Positions 26,280 through 40,119 of a stretch of 64,000 bases of DNA are shown here, piece by piece. The position numbers and the translations under genes are program-made. How positions within the stretch are numbered: the stretch's first letter is position 1; each line of letters begins with the position of its first letter. The stretch spans positions 57,846,001 to 57,910,000 of the forward strand of contig OX597824.1 of NCBI GenBank assembly GCA_951406725.2, given 5' to 3'. A model generated the notes under the pieces. It was not told the origin of the DNA, made no database searches, and saw nothing but the letters and a program-made list of their open reading frames with translations. The stretch comes from Octopus vulgaris. Taxonomy: Eukaryota.

Positions 26280-26899
26280 GGAAATATGCTAGATTAACGG
26301 AGGGTCTTCTTAAGTTGCGGCTAAATAACCACTGGTCCACTTTTAGGATCCTAGACAGGCGTAATATTACATCTTTCACCTACTACATACGGCATTTGAA
26401 AGATAAGGAAATGCCATACACTTCCTGGACCCTCGCGGAACTTGGTTAACCTGGACCATGGCTTAACAGAAGCAGGCTAGCTCTACTTGTATGAGAGGGC
26501 AAGGATAAAAAAATATTCGCTTCATCCGGTGGGGGTGGCTTCTTAAATTAAAAAGTGAAATGTTTAGTTTCTACCCTTATAATATAAAATTCGTGTGGAG
26601 ACATGGGCTTCCTCGCTTCCTGACTAGTGAAAGAAAAATGCATAAACTAGGCGTTTTCGGACACAGCTGAAATCGTGCAAAGAGAGAGAACACTGTTGCA
26701 TCCAGAAAGGGTTTTCGCTTCAAGGAATTCGGTTTTAGCTGTTCTTACTTCCATTAGTACAAAAGTTGTGTGCCTCCGGCCAACAAGTCTGTCGATTTGC
26801 CTATTTTGTTGAGAGCAATAATGAACCTGAAACCAATGATAACTTTCCCAAAGGCTAAACCAGCAACTACAACACACACATATATATATATACATATAT

Positions 26900-26936
<37 letters not shown>

Positions 26937-27864
26937 ATGTGTGTGTACGCGCGCGAGTCTGTATGTATGTGATATATATATATATATATATATAATATGA
27001 TGTTAGTATAAAATTTATAAATATATGTGAATAAATATATTTTTAAGACGTACAATTATGCATGTATATATATATATATATATGCACCTATATATTTATA
27101 AGTATATGTGTATGTGTGTGTGTATGGGGGGGGTATCAGTCTATATCCCTAAATATGTTTTAATGTTTATAAATAAATATATATAAATATGTATGTGTAT
27201 GGATAATAAAATACACATATATACGTATATGCTTGCGAGTATGCGTGTATGTGTCTAAAAAATATATGTGTGCATATATGCATTTATGCAAGAGTGTATG
27301 TATATATATTATATATATATATGTGTATATTATATATGTATATATGTGTATGTATGCTGGTATGTATGTATATACGTAGGCTTGTATGTATTTATGTGAA
27401 CGGGTGTACATATCAAAATCGGTTGATATCCGCAGGGGAGAGGATATATTCAAGTGAATCGCCTCCTTTGGTAGACGGGTTTAGTAAGGTCTGATATCGT
27501 CTGCAAAGATATTTTATCAAACCTGGAGGGCTGAACTGATGTCAATTCAACCACGGCAGGAGTTCCATTTGGAACACAGACGAGCGAAACCAAATACTCC
27601 GAGTCTCCCAGTTCGACTCTCTACGCTTCTTGCCGTCACACTAACTTAAAGAAAAACAAACGTTAAAAGTGTACACATGAGAAAGATTCATTCACATACA
27701 CACGAGCTCACGCATACACGCACGCACGCACACATAAACACACACACACACACACACAAACACACACATTCACAAACAGATGTATATTGTGTACAAGTGT
27801 ATGACGGTCTCTGGGAGAGCATATATGTATTTGAATAATTATCTATCTATCTATCTATCTGTCT

Positions 27865-27920
<56 letters not shown>

Positions 27921-27944
27921 CAAGAAAAAACATATTTCATCATC

Positions 27945-28235
27945 ATCATCATCATCATCACCACCATTTCATGTCCGTTGTCCATGCTAGCATGGGTAAG
28001 ACGGTTTGACCAGAGCTGGCAAGTTGGGGAGCTGCCCCATCGCCAGTTGATTTAGCATTGTTTCTACGGTTGGAGGTCCCTCCTAACACCAACGTATTTA
28101 CGGAGTGTGCTGGGTGCTTTTACACGGTGCTGCATGGGCGCTTATACGTGGCGCCGCGTGGACTCTTTTACGTGGCACCGGCACAGGACACTTGCAGGTC
28201 AACCCTCACCACCGGGAGGGGGGACCGGTTTCAAC
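27945..28235 (-). mobile_element. RTE-related non-autonomous element with (GAT)n tail
   Basis: Minus 3' end CCCATGCTAGCATGGACAACGGACATGAAA-(TGA)n; internal TTGGTGTTAGGAGGGACCTCCAACCGTAGAAA resembles an RTE 5'UTR motif. Confidence 0.6.
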
Positions 28236-28339
28236 ACACACAGACACATGAACAATGCATATATGTTTGTGTGTAAATATATATATCTATTTATGTGTGT
28301 GTTTAATATGTATATTTACATACACACATATGTACACGC

Positions 28340-28415
<76 letters not shown>

Positions 28416-28512
28416 GTCTGTCTATCAATATATATATAAAACTTTTGATCAGCAAACAAACAAATTGACCAACATCGGTTCATTATTTTTTTTTAATACA
28501 AAAACTTAACAT

Positions 28513-28628
28513 TGCTTACAACCGTTTCGGCTACCAATGTCAGTTGGTGCCTTCAAAGAAAATTCCGAAAATAAATCTTGTAATCTTTATAGTACATCCG
28601 ATCTAGTACATGGAGCTTCATCAGAGTG
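28513..28628 (-). ncRNA. Hammerhead-like motif with enlarged stem II insert
   Basis: CU-CUGAUGA-AGCUCCA...UGGUAGCC-GAAAC-GGUU-GUA-AG. Confidence 0.5.
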
Positions 28629-28857
28629 AATACATATACATAAAATAAAAGAACTAAAGAGGAAAGAGGAAAGAACAGGGCCTCGAGATGAGGCAAGAAG
28701 ACGTAATAAATTAGAATCATACCATATTGCAGTGTAAGGCTTCAAGTCGATGGGCCAAAGAGTAAACTAGCAAATAATCTAGAAAAATAATTGGTGGGTT
28801 TATCTCTTTTTATAGCGGTACCAAGGTGTATAAATAATAGTAATATATATTTATTTA

Positions 28858-29012
28858 CGATAGGCTTCTTTCAGCACCCGTCAGCCAAATCCACTCACGA
28901 GGTCCGAGTCTATAGTAGAAGATATATGCACAAGATGTCACGCAGTGGGACTGAATGCGGAACCATGTGGCTAATAAGCAAGATTCTTACGGAACAGCCA
29001 GGCTTGCGCCTA
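28858..29012 (-). mobile_element. SINE family A 5' half
   Basis: GGCTTCTTTCAG..AAATCCACTCAC..CGCAGTGGGACTGAA..GGAACCATGTGG. Confidence 0.8.
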
Positions 29013-29394
29013 TGTGTATGTGTGTGTGTGTGTGCGTGTGTATGTGTGTGTGTGTGTGCGTGTGTGTGTGTGTGTGTGCAAAGATACAGGTATATATTTA
29101 TTACATATATATCACAAGGTGATAATACTGACGTGCCCAACTTGGTGTGGCGTTTAATAAAATACTTTACGGTTTTAACAATCGTTTTCTTTTCTCTAAT
29201 GCTATACATAAAAGAGAAAACAATCAAACAAGATAAAAGTTCAAAGAACGGTGAAGTGAATGCACAGAATAAAATTCCATTGACGGCAAGCCATCCTCAC
29301 AATATCAAGTGCTAAATAGGTTTCCTCACAAAAATTTGTTTCAAGTTACGTTTATGTTTACAGACCCCCAAAATAATTCTCATATATAATCCTT

Positions 29395-29582
29395 AGCATG
29401 TCAAACAAATTACTTAGCGGCGGTTTTCACGACTCCTTACGTTCTAAGTTCAAATTCTGGCGGTGTTCACTAACTTTCATCATTTGGGGTTCGATAACAT
29501 GTGTACCAATTGAATACTAGTGTTGATGTAATCGACTGCTCTTCCCCAAAATTTAAGGACTTGGGTTTAAAAAAAAGAGGAT
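29395..29582 (+). mobile_element. SINE family B, degenerate
   Basis: TTAGCGG..GTTCTAAGTTCAAATTC..TGATGTAATCGACT. Confidence 0.7.
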
Positions 29583-29830
29583 TATTATAAAGTTCTTATA
29601 TCTCTAACATTTAATTTAAATTTTAATTTGGCATGTGTATGTGTGTATGTGTGTGTGTACATACGCGCATACATGTATACTTCTAGTGCATCGAATGTAT
29701 GCGTGTGTTGCATCGAACAAAAATATTTGCGTTATTTAGTAAAGTGTGTGTATGTCCACATCTCACTGTTGGCAAATTTATCTTTTATTCTTGGATTTGT
29801 AAAGTCCACTAACTCGACGGCCCCTTCACT

Positions 29831-29865
<35 letters not shown>

Positions 29866-30156
29866 AAGAATGTATAAAATTCCATTTACCATACATGGTT
29901 TTAAGTATGTATATATATGTATATATGATTTCACATCCATATATATCGTTATTATATATGGTTTGTGCCTGATGAATATATTTAAGGTTTTTCTCAACAT
30001 AAGAAACTATAAGTAGCACATAATAACTTGTTTAGTGTCTCTGTTAAACAATGTATATATATATATATATATATAAAATGGAAATATAAATATTGCGGTG
30101 TGCGTACACATTGGTCTCTCTCTATATGTATATATATTTATATAAGTATATATATT

Positions 30157-30312
<156 letters not shown>

Positions 30313-30580
30313 AGTACATATGTGTGCGTATTCTATACATACGTGTGTAGGTGTGTGTCTAGGTGTATATATTTATGTATGTATACATTTATATATATGC
30401 ATGTATCATAAACATTATGTTGTCTGTGACATATTTGTACACACACACACACACACACACACAATATATATATATATATATATATGTATAATGCATTTAC
30501 AGATATATAATATATGATATATATTATACATATATATAAATATAATATGAGTGTAGCTTGTATATATATATATATATATG

Positions 30581-30636
<56 letters not shown>

Positions 30637-30655
30637 ATGTATGCATGTATGTATC

Positions 30656-30701
<46 letters not shown>

Positions 30702-30739
30702 CTTATGTATATATACATGTACGTATGCGTATGTGTGTA

Positions 30740-31118
30740 TGTGTCTTTGTGCCCATATTGGTTCCCGTAACCTAGCGATGCACCAAGAGCAACTGATAGA
30801 TTAAAGAATCAGACCTTAAAAAATGTACTAGTGTTACTTCAGTCGGTTAATATTCTCCCGGACAGTACCACACCGTGGCTGCAATCTAATGACTGAAATA
30901 AGTTATCTCTCTGTCTCTCTCTCTCTCTAACTCTCTCTCTCTCTCTATCTATCTATCTGTCTATCTATCTACATACATAAAATTTAATTACAACTGTCGA
31001 ACATAAACATAACATACAGATATACGAATAGATATGTGTGTAAATATATGTATGAAAACTACACACTCACATATATACATACAAACATACATACATACAT
31101 GCATACATACATTCATAC

Positions 31119-31153
<35 letters not shown>

Positions 31154-31334
31154 CATACATACATACATACATGCATGCATATAACAAATACCTATATACG
31201 ATGTATACATATGTTCATAATATACGCATATCTACAAAGTAGGCAATTGTATAATGCAATTATATACTCCAGATATATGAATACTATATACACGTGTATA
31301 TTTTGTGCAAAAGGAATTATATATAGAATATATG

Positions 31335-31399
<65 letters not shown>

Positions 31400-31433
31400 T
31401 AACTTTATCACATGAAATTTCGGAAATGTATAC

Positions 31434-31480
<47 letters not shown>

Positions 31481-31536
31481 CATACTTAAATATATATGTG
31501 TGTGTGAGTAATAAGTATAATACATGAAATTTTGTA

Positions 31537-31602
<66 letters not shown>

Positions 31603-31603
31603 A

Positions 31604-31636
<33 letters not shown>

Positions 31637-31920
31637 CATATAGCCTTGGATATAATAAACCATTGTACGTGGATTTTGTCTGTGGAAACTGGAAGGAGCC
31701 CGTCGTGTGTGTGTGCGTATGTGTGTGTGCTTGTGTGTTTATGTCTACGTGTCTATGTTTGTTCTCCACCACAACTTCACTTCAAGAGATCGATAGAATA
31801 TCACTAGGCTTGAAAAAATTTGGCGAGGTCTGTTCATTCGATTTAAAATTCTTCGAGGCGGTGCTCCAGCCAGGCCACTATCTAATGACTGAAACAACTA
31901 AAAGAAAAAGATATGTATGA

Positions 31921-31952
<32 letters not shown>

Positions 31953-31996
31953 CATACATATGTATATATATCTATATCTATATACATATACATATG

Positions 31997-32027
<31 letters not shown>

Positions 32028-32030
32028 GAG

Positions 32031-32088
<58 letters not shown>

Positions 32089-32141
32089 TATACATACATA
32101 CATACATACATGCATACATATATATATATATATATTTCAGC

Positions 32142-32181
<40 letters not shown>

Positions 32182-32360
32182 ATGTGTGTGAATATTTGTG
32201 TGTCTGAGTTTGTCTCCTCACCATCGCTTGACAACTAATGTTGGTGTGTTTACGTCCCCGTAACTTAGGGATTCGGCAAAAGAGACCCATAGCATAAGTA
32301 CTAGGCTCACAACGAATAATGCATGACCGCAGTCGAAACAAATAAAAGTATAAAAGAATA
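30740..32360 (+). mobile_element. Three SINE family A fragments among (TA)n/(CATA)n tracts
   Basis: Matches at ~30740-30905, 31660-31915 and 32200-32360 (AATGACTGAAA tails, TTTACGTCCCCGTAACTTAG). Confidence 0.75.
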
Positions 32361-33063
32361 TGAACACACACACACACAGAATCACATACGGGCGCGTAAA
32401 TTTTAACGAACACATATACGTCTATATATGTATACATTATTTAATAAACTGTTCGACGAGTTTCGTAGACTAGACAAATGTATGTATCAGCCAAGTCATA
32501 CTGTTAGTAAATAATGTAACACCTCCATACATGAATGCCAGTTTCTTTCGTGCATTCACTCATTCATATACAACCAACCACACACAAGCGCGCGTGCACA
32601 CACACACACACACACACACACTTACACATACACACACAAGCACACACACACACATATGAATAGTTACTTACACACACATGCACAAAAATATGTATATATA
32701 AATTGATAGATACATGAATCAAACTAGATATATATGTGTATATATGTAATTGAAAATATACGAAAAATATGTTTACATTATATATACCTTATATTTCTAT
32801 TTTCCTCAATATGTGTTTTATACTTTTCCGATATATATATAAATATACACATATATATGTGTGTGTGTTTCTGTATATATATTTATATATATGAGATATA
32901 TGTACGTTATATAGCAATATGTATTTAGTTAGTTCATTCTTTAATATTAATACCAATTGGATTAAAATTTACATTGCATTGACTTTTACATTTATATGAA
33001 TATGTAGAAAATTTCTGCTAGAGCAAATATATTTTGACTAATATGATATGCTTATACACATAC

Positions 33064-33101
<38 letters not shown>

Positions 33102-33160
33102 CACCATTATTGATCGTTAGCCACTACACTCATTTTTCTCTCCTTGTTTTTTCTGTGTAC

Positions 33161-33196
33161 CTTTCTGTAGAAGAGCGTAGGGTCGAAACGTAAAAG
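33161..33196 (+). ncRNA. Minimal hammerhead-like motif in a ~170 bp (TA)n-flanked element (33097-33268)
   Basis: CUUU-CUGUAGA-A-GAGC-GUAG-GGUC-GAAA-CG-UA-AAAG; core deviates at position 6. Confidence 0.55.
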
Positions 33197-33264
33197 ACAT
33201 TTTCTATTCCTGAGCGCTATACTAATACATCTGTTTGTTTTGTACGCCACCTGTCTTCGTCTTT

Positions 33265-33305
<41 letters not shown>

Positions 33306-33906
33306 CATACATACATACATACATACATACATACATACAAACATATACATGTATATGTATGTATATATATATATATATATATATATAGTCGTATAGGTGT
33401 ATAAACATATATTTATGTAGAAGTACCTTTATTTATATACATATATTTATGAATGTGTCTATATAGGAATATATTTGTACAAAACTTAAAGTAGTTTAAA
33501 CTCGAGTGCTACCATGCCGGGGCACATCATTCTCTACCTCATGTATATGCATGCATATATATATAAATAATTAAATATATATATTTATATATATTATATT
33601 ATAAAATGAGATAGGGGTTGAAAATTCAATATTTAAGTATGTTTCTCCATTCTCTAATTTTGTAGTATATATTTATATATATATATTTATATATATATAT
33701 ATTAATATATTAATATATATATATATATTAATATATTCTTATTTGTATTATAAATTAATGGTAAAACATTTCTTCGCCTTCACCCATTTAATACAATAAG
33801 TAAGTTAATTGCATTGTAATTAAAAACACTTGTGTATTAATAATTTGGGTATTATACCAACAGTATATTGGTTAATTATATCCACAACCCCTAATTTACT
33901 TGGTGG

Positions 33907-33960
<54 letters not shown>

Positions 33961-33965
<5 letters not shown>

Positions 33966-34340
33966 CGCAGGAGTGGCTGTGTGGTAAGTAGCTTGTTAAT
34001 CAACCATATTGTTGCGGGTTCAGTCCCACTGCGTGGCATCTTGGGCAAGTGTTTTCTGCAATAGCGCCGGGCCGACCAATGCCTTGTGAGTGGATTTGGT
34101 AGACGGAAACTGAAAGAAGCCTGTCGTATATATGTATATATATGTGTTTGTGTGTCTGTGTTTGTCCCCCTAGCATTGTTTGACAACCGATGCTGGTGTG
34201 TTTACGTCCCCGTCACCTAGCGGTTCGGCAAAAGAGACCGATAGAATAAGTATTGGGCTTACAAAGATTAAGTCTCGGGGTCGATTGCATGGCCGCAGTC
34301 AAATGACTGAAACAAGTAAAAGAGTAAAAGAGTAAAGAGT
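33961..34340 (+). mobile_element. SINE family A, near full length
   Basis: GGCGCAGGAGTGGCTGTGTGG (A box), GGTTCAGTCCC (B box), body, (GAGTAAAA)n tail. Confidence 0.92.
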
Positions 34341-34545
34341 ATATATATATATATATATTTATATATACACACACACACAAACACACGTGTGTACGGGCAT
34401 GTATGCGTGTTCTTACTTGGATGAGTCAGTAACACAGAATAGATAGTAAATATGTAAAAATAGTAGTAAATACGTAAAAAATGTGGAATATAAATTACAA
34501 GTTGATATAGAGGTATTCTGGACTTTCTGATCTCATGTATACATA

Positions 34546-34606
<61 letters not shown>

Positions 34607-34814
34607 TACAGTACCAGGATATACAGTAAATTGCTGTTATAAAATGGTACATAACGCACAAATACAATACAGCAATATATATAATGCATTGAACTCCGTA
34701 TTTGTTCACTGATATGTGTGTGTATGCATTTATATATATATATATGTGTGTATATATACATATATACATATATATTCATATTCACACATATGTGTAGATA
34801 GTTTATACATATAA

Positions 34815-34867
<53 letters not shown>

Positions 34868-34998
34868 CATGTGTATATGTATATATACACACATTTATAG
34901 ACATATACAAATGTACATATATATATGCATACATATATATACATATATACATATCTATATATACACACATGCATATACATATCTGTAAATGTGTGTGC

Positions 34999-35037
<39 letters not shown>

Positions 35038-35249
35038 TATATACATACACACACACTTACAGATATATATTTATATACGTACATATATATATATATAGAA
35101 GGAGATAGTTCACATGAAAAAAGCTTATATATATATATGCATACATGCATATGTATATACATGCATATGTATATACATGCATATGTGTGTGTGTGTATGT
35201 GTGTGTATGTGTGTGTGTGTTAGTGTGTGTGTGTATACATACATATATA

Positions 35250-35590
35250 TAAAGTGGCTGTGTTGTAAGAATCTTGCTTTGATAGGCGGAAACTGGTAGA
35301 CGGAAACTGAAAGAAGCCCCTTGTATATATATATTATATGTGTGTGTGTTTGTGAGTGTGCGTGTTTGTATGTGTGTGTCTTTTTGCCTTTGTTTTTCCT
35401 CCCAACAATTACTTGACAATCGATGTTGGTGTGATTACATCCCCATCATTAGTGGTACGGAAAAACGTGACTGATAGGATAAGTATCAAGCTTATATATC
35501 CTGGAGTTCATTTCTTTTAGACTAAAAGGCGGTGCTCCTGCATGACCGCAATCAAATGCTTGAAACAAATAAACGAATAAAATAATAAAA
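35250..35590 (+). mobile_element. SINE family A, internally deleted
   Basis: GTGGCTGTGTTGTAAG..GGTAGACGGAAACTGAAAGAAGCCCC..AAGGCGGTGCTCCTGCATGACCGCA. Confidence 0.8.
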
Positions 35591-35952
35591 GTACATATAT
35601 ATAAATCCATATTTCTATAAGTTCCACCCAACCCGTACAGATTGAGGACCATGTACTGCTAGCTTGGGATTCAACTGCCTACAACTATTCAACGACTTGC
35701 CAAAATATCTGCGAGAACTTCATAGACTAGGGGTACTTATTTTCAAAAGCTGACCTTCTGCCATCTGAAGAACCTACATCAAGGTAGGAAGTACAAAGTA
35801 GGGCTACAGTGTCGACTCACTCCTTCACCAAATGCCAATCACATGAGATTGGCCGTTAAATATGTGATTACACCGGCGGTGCTCCAGTATGACCGCAGCT
35901 GAAACGTGTGTGGTGAATAAAAGAATATATATATATATTAATGAATAAAAGA

Positions 35953-35983
<31 letters not shown>

Positions 35984-36050
35984 CAAATATATGCATTTAT
36001 ATATATATACATACATGCATTTATATATATATATATATATATATATATGC

Positions 36051-36092
<42 letters not shown>

Positions 36093-36314
36093 GCATTTAT
36101 ATATATATATATGTAAATATATATATATATATATATATATATTTATGCATTTATATATATGCATTTATATATGTGTATATATATATATGTATATATATAT
36201 ATATGCATTTATATACATATACACATATATATATATATATAATGTGACCGCGTGTGTACCGTTGGCGATTCTTTTTCCTCTGTCTTCCCTTCTCTGGATC
36301 TTTCCTTCTCCTAT

Positions 36315-36349
36315 GTTTTCGACGAAGAGCTCCGCTCGAAACGTTAAAC
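36315..36349 (+). ncRNA. Minimal hammerhead-like motif in a ~210 bp TA-flanked element (36241-36450)
   Basis: GUUU-UCGACGA-A-GAGC-UCC-GCUC-GAAA-CG-UU-AAAC; palindromic AACGUU. Confidence 0.55.
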
Positions 36350-36529
36350 CCTCCTTCTTTCCTTCTTTCCTGAGCGTCCAATAATACCATATTTGTTCCA
36401 CGTCCTCTCGTGGTTGTGTTTTTTTGTGCTTTCTTGTTTGGATGAATTTATGTATGTATATATTATATATGTATGCATTTCGGCATGCATTTATATACCT
36501 ACATACATATATATATTCTTTTATTCTGT

Positions 36530-36735
36530 TATTCTTTTACTTGTTTCAGTCGTTTACTGCGGTCATGCCGGAGCACCGCTTTTAGTCGAGCAAATCGGCC
36601 CCAGGACTTATTCTTTGTAAGCCATGTACTTATTCTTCGGAATCTTTTGCCGAACCGCCAGTTTACGGGGACGTAATCACAGCAACATCGGTTCTCAAGC
36701 TATGGTTAGAGGCGGGGGGACAAATACAGACAGAC
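36530..36735 (-). mobile_element. SINE family A 3' half
   Basis: TTTTACTTGTTTCAGTC..GCACCGC..GCCGAACCGC..GGGGACGTAA. Confidence 0.85.
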
Positions 36736-36846
36736 AGACACACTTGCCCAACACACATATATATAAATGCATATTTATGTATCTATCTACCACTATATAT
36801 ATATGCACACCTACATATATGTATGTATATATATATATATATAAAC

Positions 36847-36931
<85 letters not shown>

Positions 36932-36971
36932 TGCGTATATATACATATATTTATACACAAGTATATGTATA

Positions 36972-37530
36972 TGTGACCTATGTCATGTCACTTTCGAGTG
37001 CTACTGGTAACATGTAACCCAGTACAACTTGTTGCATTGTCGGGTCGTCGGCGACTAAACCGGCAACCCCACCAGCTTGCTTGGTGAGGAGGGTGTTTAT
37101 TGGACATCCTACAGGATGAAAAATAAAACCCGTCAAAGGGCAGAGGAACTCTTGAGAGTCAACGGCCATCCAATAAATGTCTTAAGGCTGTATCATGCGC
37201 GGGCACATAGAAATAATCGGACTGAATACCCGATCACGCGGTTAAACCATTGGGAGTGAAGGACTCCTAGCCTTTGTTAGGGCATCCTTCTAGGAGAAGG
37301 CAACCCAGGTAACAGGGATAACTCCGTCTTAAAACCTGCGGCTCAGTGGTTACCGATGATGTTGACTTGTTCTTCTTTTCGGATTATGGCTGCTGTTGCT
37401 TAGTGAGTGGGATTGACTCAGTGCACAGCCTTTCCTCACTTAAAAAAATCTTCTTGCATAGGCATTGCACGATCACAACATTGATTAAGCTTCGTGCAAT
37501 GGCCATACTCGATAACGAGGGGGCAGCCAC
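36972..37530 (+). mobile_element. Non-coding GC-richer element with RTE-5'UTR-like motif
   Basis: GGGCATCCTTCTAGGAGAAGGCAAC (~37280-37304) resembles the RTE 5'UTR box CTAGGAGAAGG; bounded by TA-rich tracts. Confidence 0.5.
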
Positions 37531-37547
37531 TATATATATCTTTCTCT

Positions 37548-37950
37548 CTTTTTCTCTCTTTTACTTGTTTCAGTCATTTGACTGCGGCCATGCTGGAGCA
37601 CCGCCTTTAGTCGAGGAAATCGACCCCGGGACTTATTCTTTGTAAGCCCAGTACTTATTCTATCGGTCTCTTTTTGCCGAACCGCTAAGTGACGGGGACG
37701 TAAACACACCAGCATCGGTTGTCAAGCAATGCTAGGGGACAAACACAGGCACAGAAACACACACACACACACATATATATATATACGACAGGCTTCTTTC
37801 AGTTTCCGTCTACCAAATCCACTCACAAGGCAGTGGTCGGCCCGGGGCTATAGCAGAAGACACTTGCCCAAGATGCCACGCAGTGGGACTAAACCCGGAA
37901 CCATGTGGTTGGTTAGCAAGCTACTTACCACACAGCCACTCCTGCGCCTA
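37548..37950 (-). mobile_element. SINE family A, best-preserved full-length copy
   Basis: Complete head (A/B boxes), CORE-like segment, short TA/TG linker, 3' module and tail; nearly collinear with 33961-34340. Confidence 0.93.
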
Positions 37951-37998
37951 TATGCATATATATATATGCATACCTATACATGTATATATATACATGTA

Positions 37999-38061
<63 letters not shown>

Positions 38062-38109
38062 AGATAGGTAGATATATAGATATATAGATACACATACATA
38101 TATGTGTAT

Positions 38110-38151
<42 letters not shown>

Positions 38152-38467
38152 GCATATATTTATGTGTTTCCGTGTTTGTGTGTGCGTGCATGTATGTATA
38201 ATTACATGTATATAACAAAACTGAGGTAATGCAATATACTGTAATGAAGAACGCGTGCAAAATTTCTGTATGTGTGTATACATGTGTCACTTTAATATAC
38301 ATATTCATTGATACGTATATAAATGTGTGTGCATGGAATTATGCAAGTATATGTGTTTAGTATAATGTAAAATATATAATATACATATATGTTTGTGTAT
38401 GGGGATTTTTGCATGGATATATATTTGTATGTGTATGTATGCATCTCTCTGTACTTGTATATCTGTG

Positions 38468-38499
<32 letters not shown>

Positions 38500-38809
38500 T
38501 ATGAAAAATGGGTGTAGATTAGGAGTGGATAAGTGGATGCTATATGAAAGTATTTTTAGGATATAAAAGACCAACAGCATAGAATTATGTGATTTTGGCT
38601 TGTTGTGCATTCACATATCCGCCTCGTCTGTAAATGGGTGTGGAGAACAGCCATTTATCACTTGTTCACGCCTTTTTATGACCACGCCCACTTACTCATA
38701 TAGTTTCACTTCCTTTCTTGCATTCAGTAACGTTTTATATTCAGCTCTCTCTCTCTCTCTTTCTCACACTTCCTCGCTATCTATCTATTTCTATCTAGCA
38801 TTGTTTATC

Positions 38810-38811
38810 TG

Positions 38812-38902
<91 letters not shown>

Positions 38903-39445
38903 GTCTATCTATCTATCAGTCTGTCTGTCTGTCTGCTTGTCTGCCTGCCTTTTTGTCTGGCTACTTGTCCATGTATCTGGACTTGTATATATGTACTTAT
39001 GTCTTTGTTCATTTCTCTCTGTACATTTCTATTTACTACTCTCGGTACGTGCGCACGTATGTATGTTTGTATGTGTTTGTATGTATATATGTATGTATGT
39101 ATGTTTGTATGTATGTATGTATGTATGTATGTATGTATGTATGTATGTATGTATGTATATTTGTATGTATGTTTGTATGTATGTATATATGTATGTTTGT
39201 ATGTATGTATGTATGTATGTATGCATGTATGTTTGTATGTATGTATGTATGTATGTATGTATGTATGTGTGTGTGTATGTTTGTATGTATGTATGTATAT
39301 ATGTTTGTATGTATGTATGTATGTTTGTATATATGTTTGTATGTATGTATATATGTATGTCTGTATGTATGTATGTATGTATGTTTGTATATATGTATGT
39401 ATGTATGTATGCATGTATGTTTGTATGTATGTATGTATGTTTGTA
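38810..39445. repeat. (TATC)n and long (TATG)n/(TTTG) compound microsatellite
   Basis: Direct reading; source of several spurious ORFs. Confidence 0.95.
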
Positions 39446-39446
39446 T

Positions 39447-39661
39447 GTATCTATCTTTTTCTATCTCTCCATCAATCTATCTGCTCATCTATTGATGCAA
39501 AACATACCTTTTACATATACATACACAGACACACAAATATATATGAATGTGTGTGTGTGTAATCGCTTGTATAAAAAATAAATATATATGTATACGCATG
39601 TAGAGAGAAAGAGAGGTGTGCGTACATGTACATATATATATAACTGTATATACAAACATAC

Positions 39662-39741
<80 letters not shown>

Positions 39742-39962
39742 TTGTATATACATGTATATATATATGTATATGTACGCACACCTCTCTTTCTCTCTATATG
39801 CGTATACATATATATTTATTTTTTATACAAGCGATTACACACACACACATTCATATATATTTGTGTGTCTGTGTATGTATATGTAAAAGGTATGTTTTTT
39901 TAAATGTGTTGCATCAATAGATAACCAGATAGATTGATGGAGAGATAGAAAAAGATAGATAG
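39447..39962. repeat. Near-perfect palindrome centred on (TA)n near 39695
   Basis: TCTCTCCATCAATCTATCTG / CAGATAGATTGATGGAGAGA and GTAATCGCTTGTATAAAAAA / TTTTTTATACAAGCGATTAC; extends into TATG/CATA tracts. Confidence 0.92.
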
Positions 39963-40119
39963 ATACATACATAAATACAAACATACATACATACATACAA
40001 ACATACATGCATACATACATACATACATACATACATACATACATACATACATACATACATACATACATACATACATACATACATACATACATACATACAT
40101 GCAAACATGTGTGTGTGAT

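Noticed and set aside
28105-28190. CRISPR-like short repeats (TTTTACGTGGC..)
   Set aside because: Degenerate tandem units inside a retroelement; no spacers or cas genes; eukaryotic context.
33961-34035. tRNA gene
   Set aside because: A/B boxes belong to a SINE head; no complete cloverleaf, and it continues into the SINE body (same at 48378).
38600-39581. Long ORFs of 170-320 aa (YVCM/IYLS repeats)
   Set aside because: Stop-free translation of (TATC)n/(TATG)n microsatellites.
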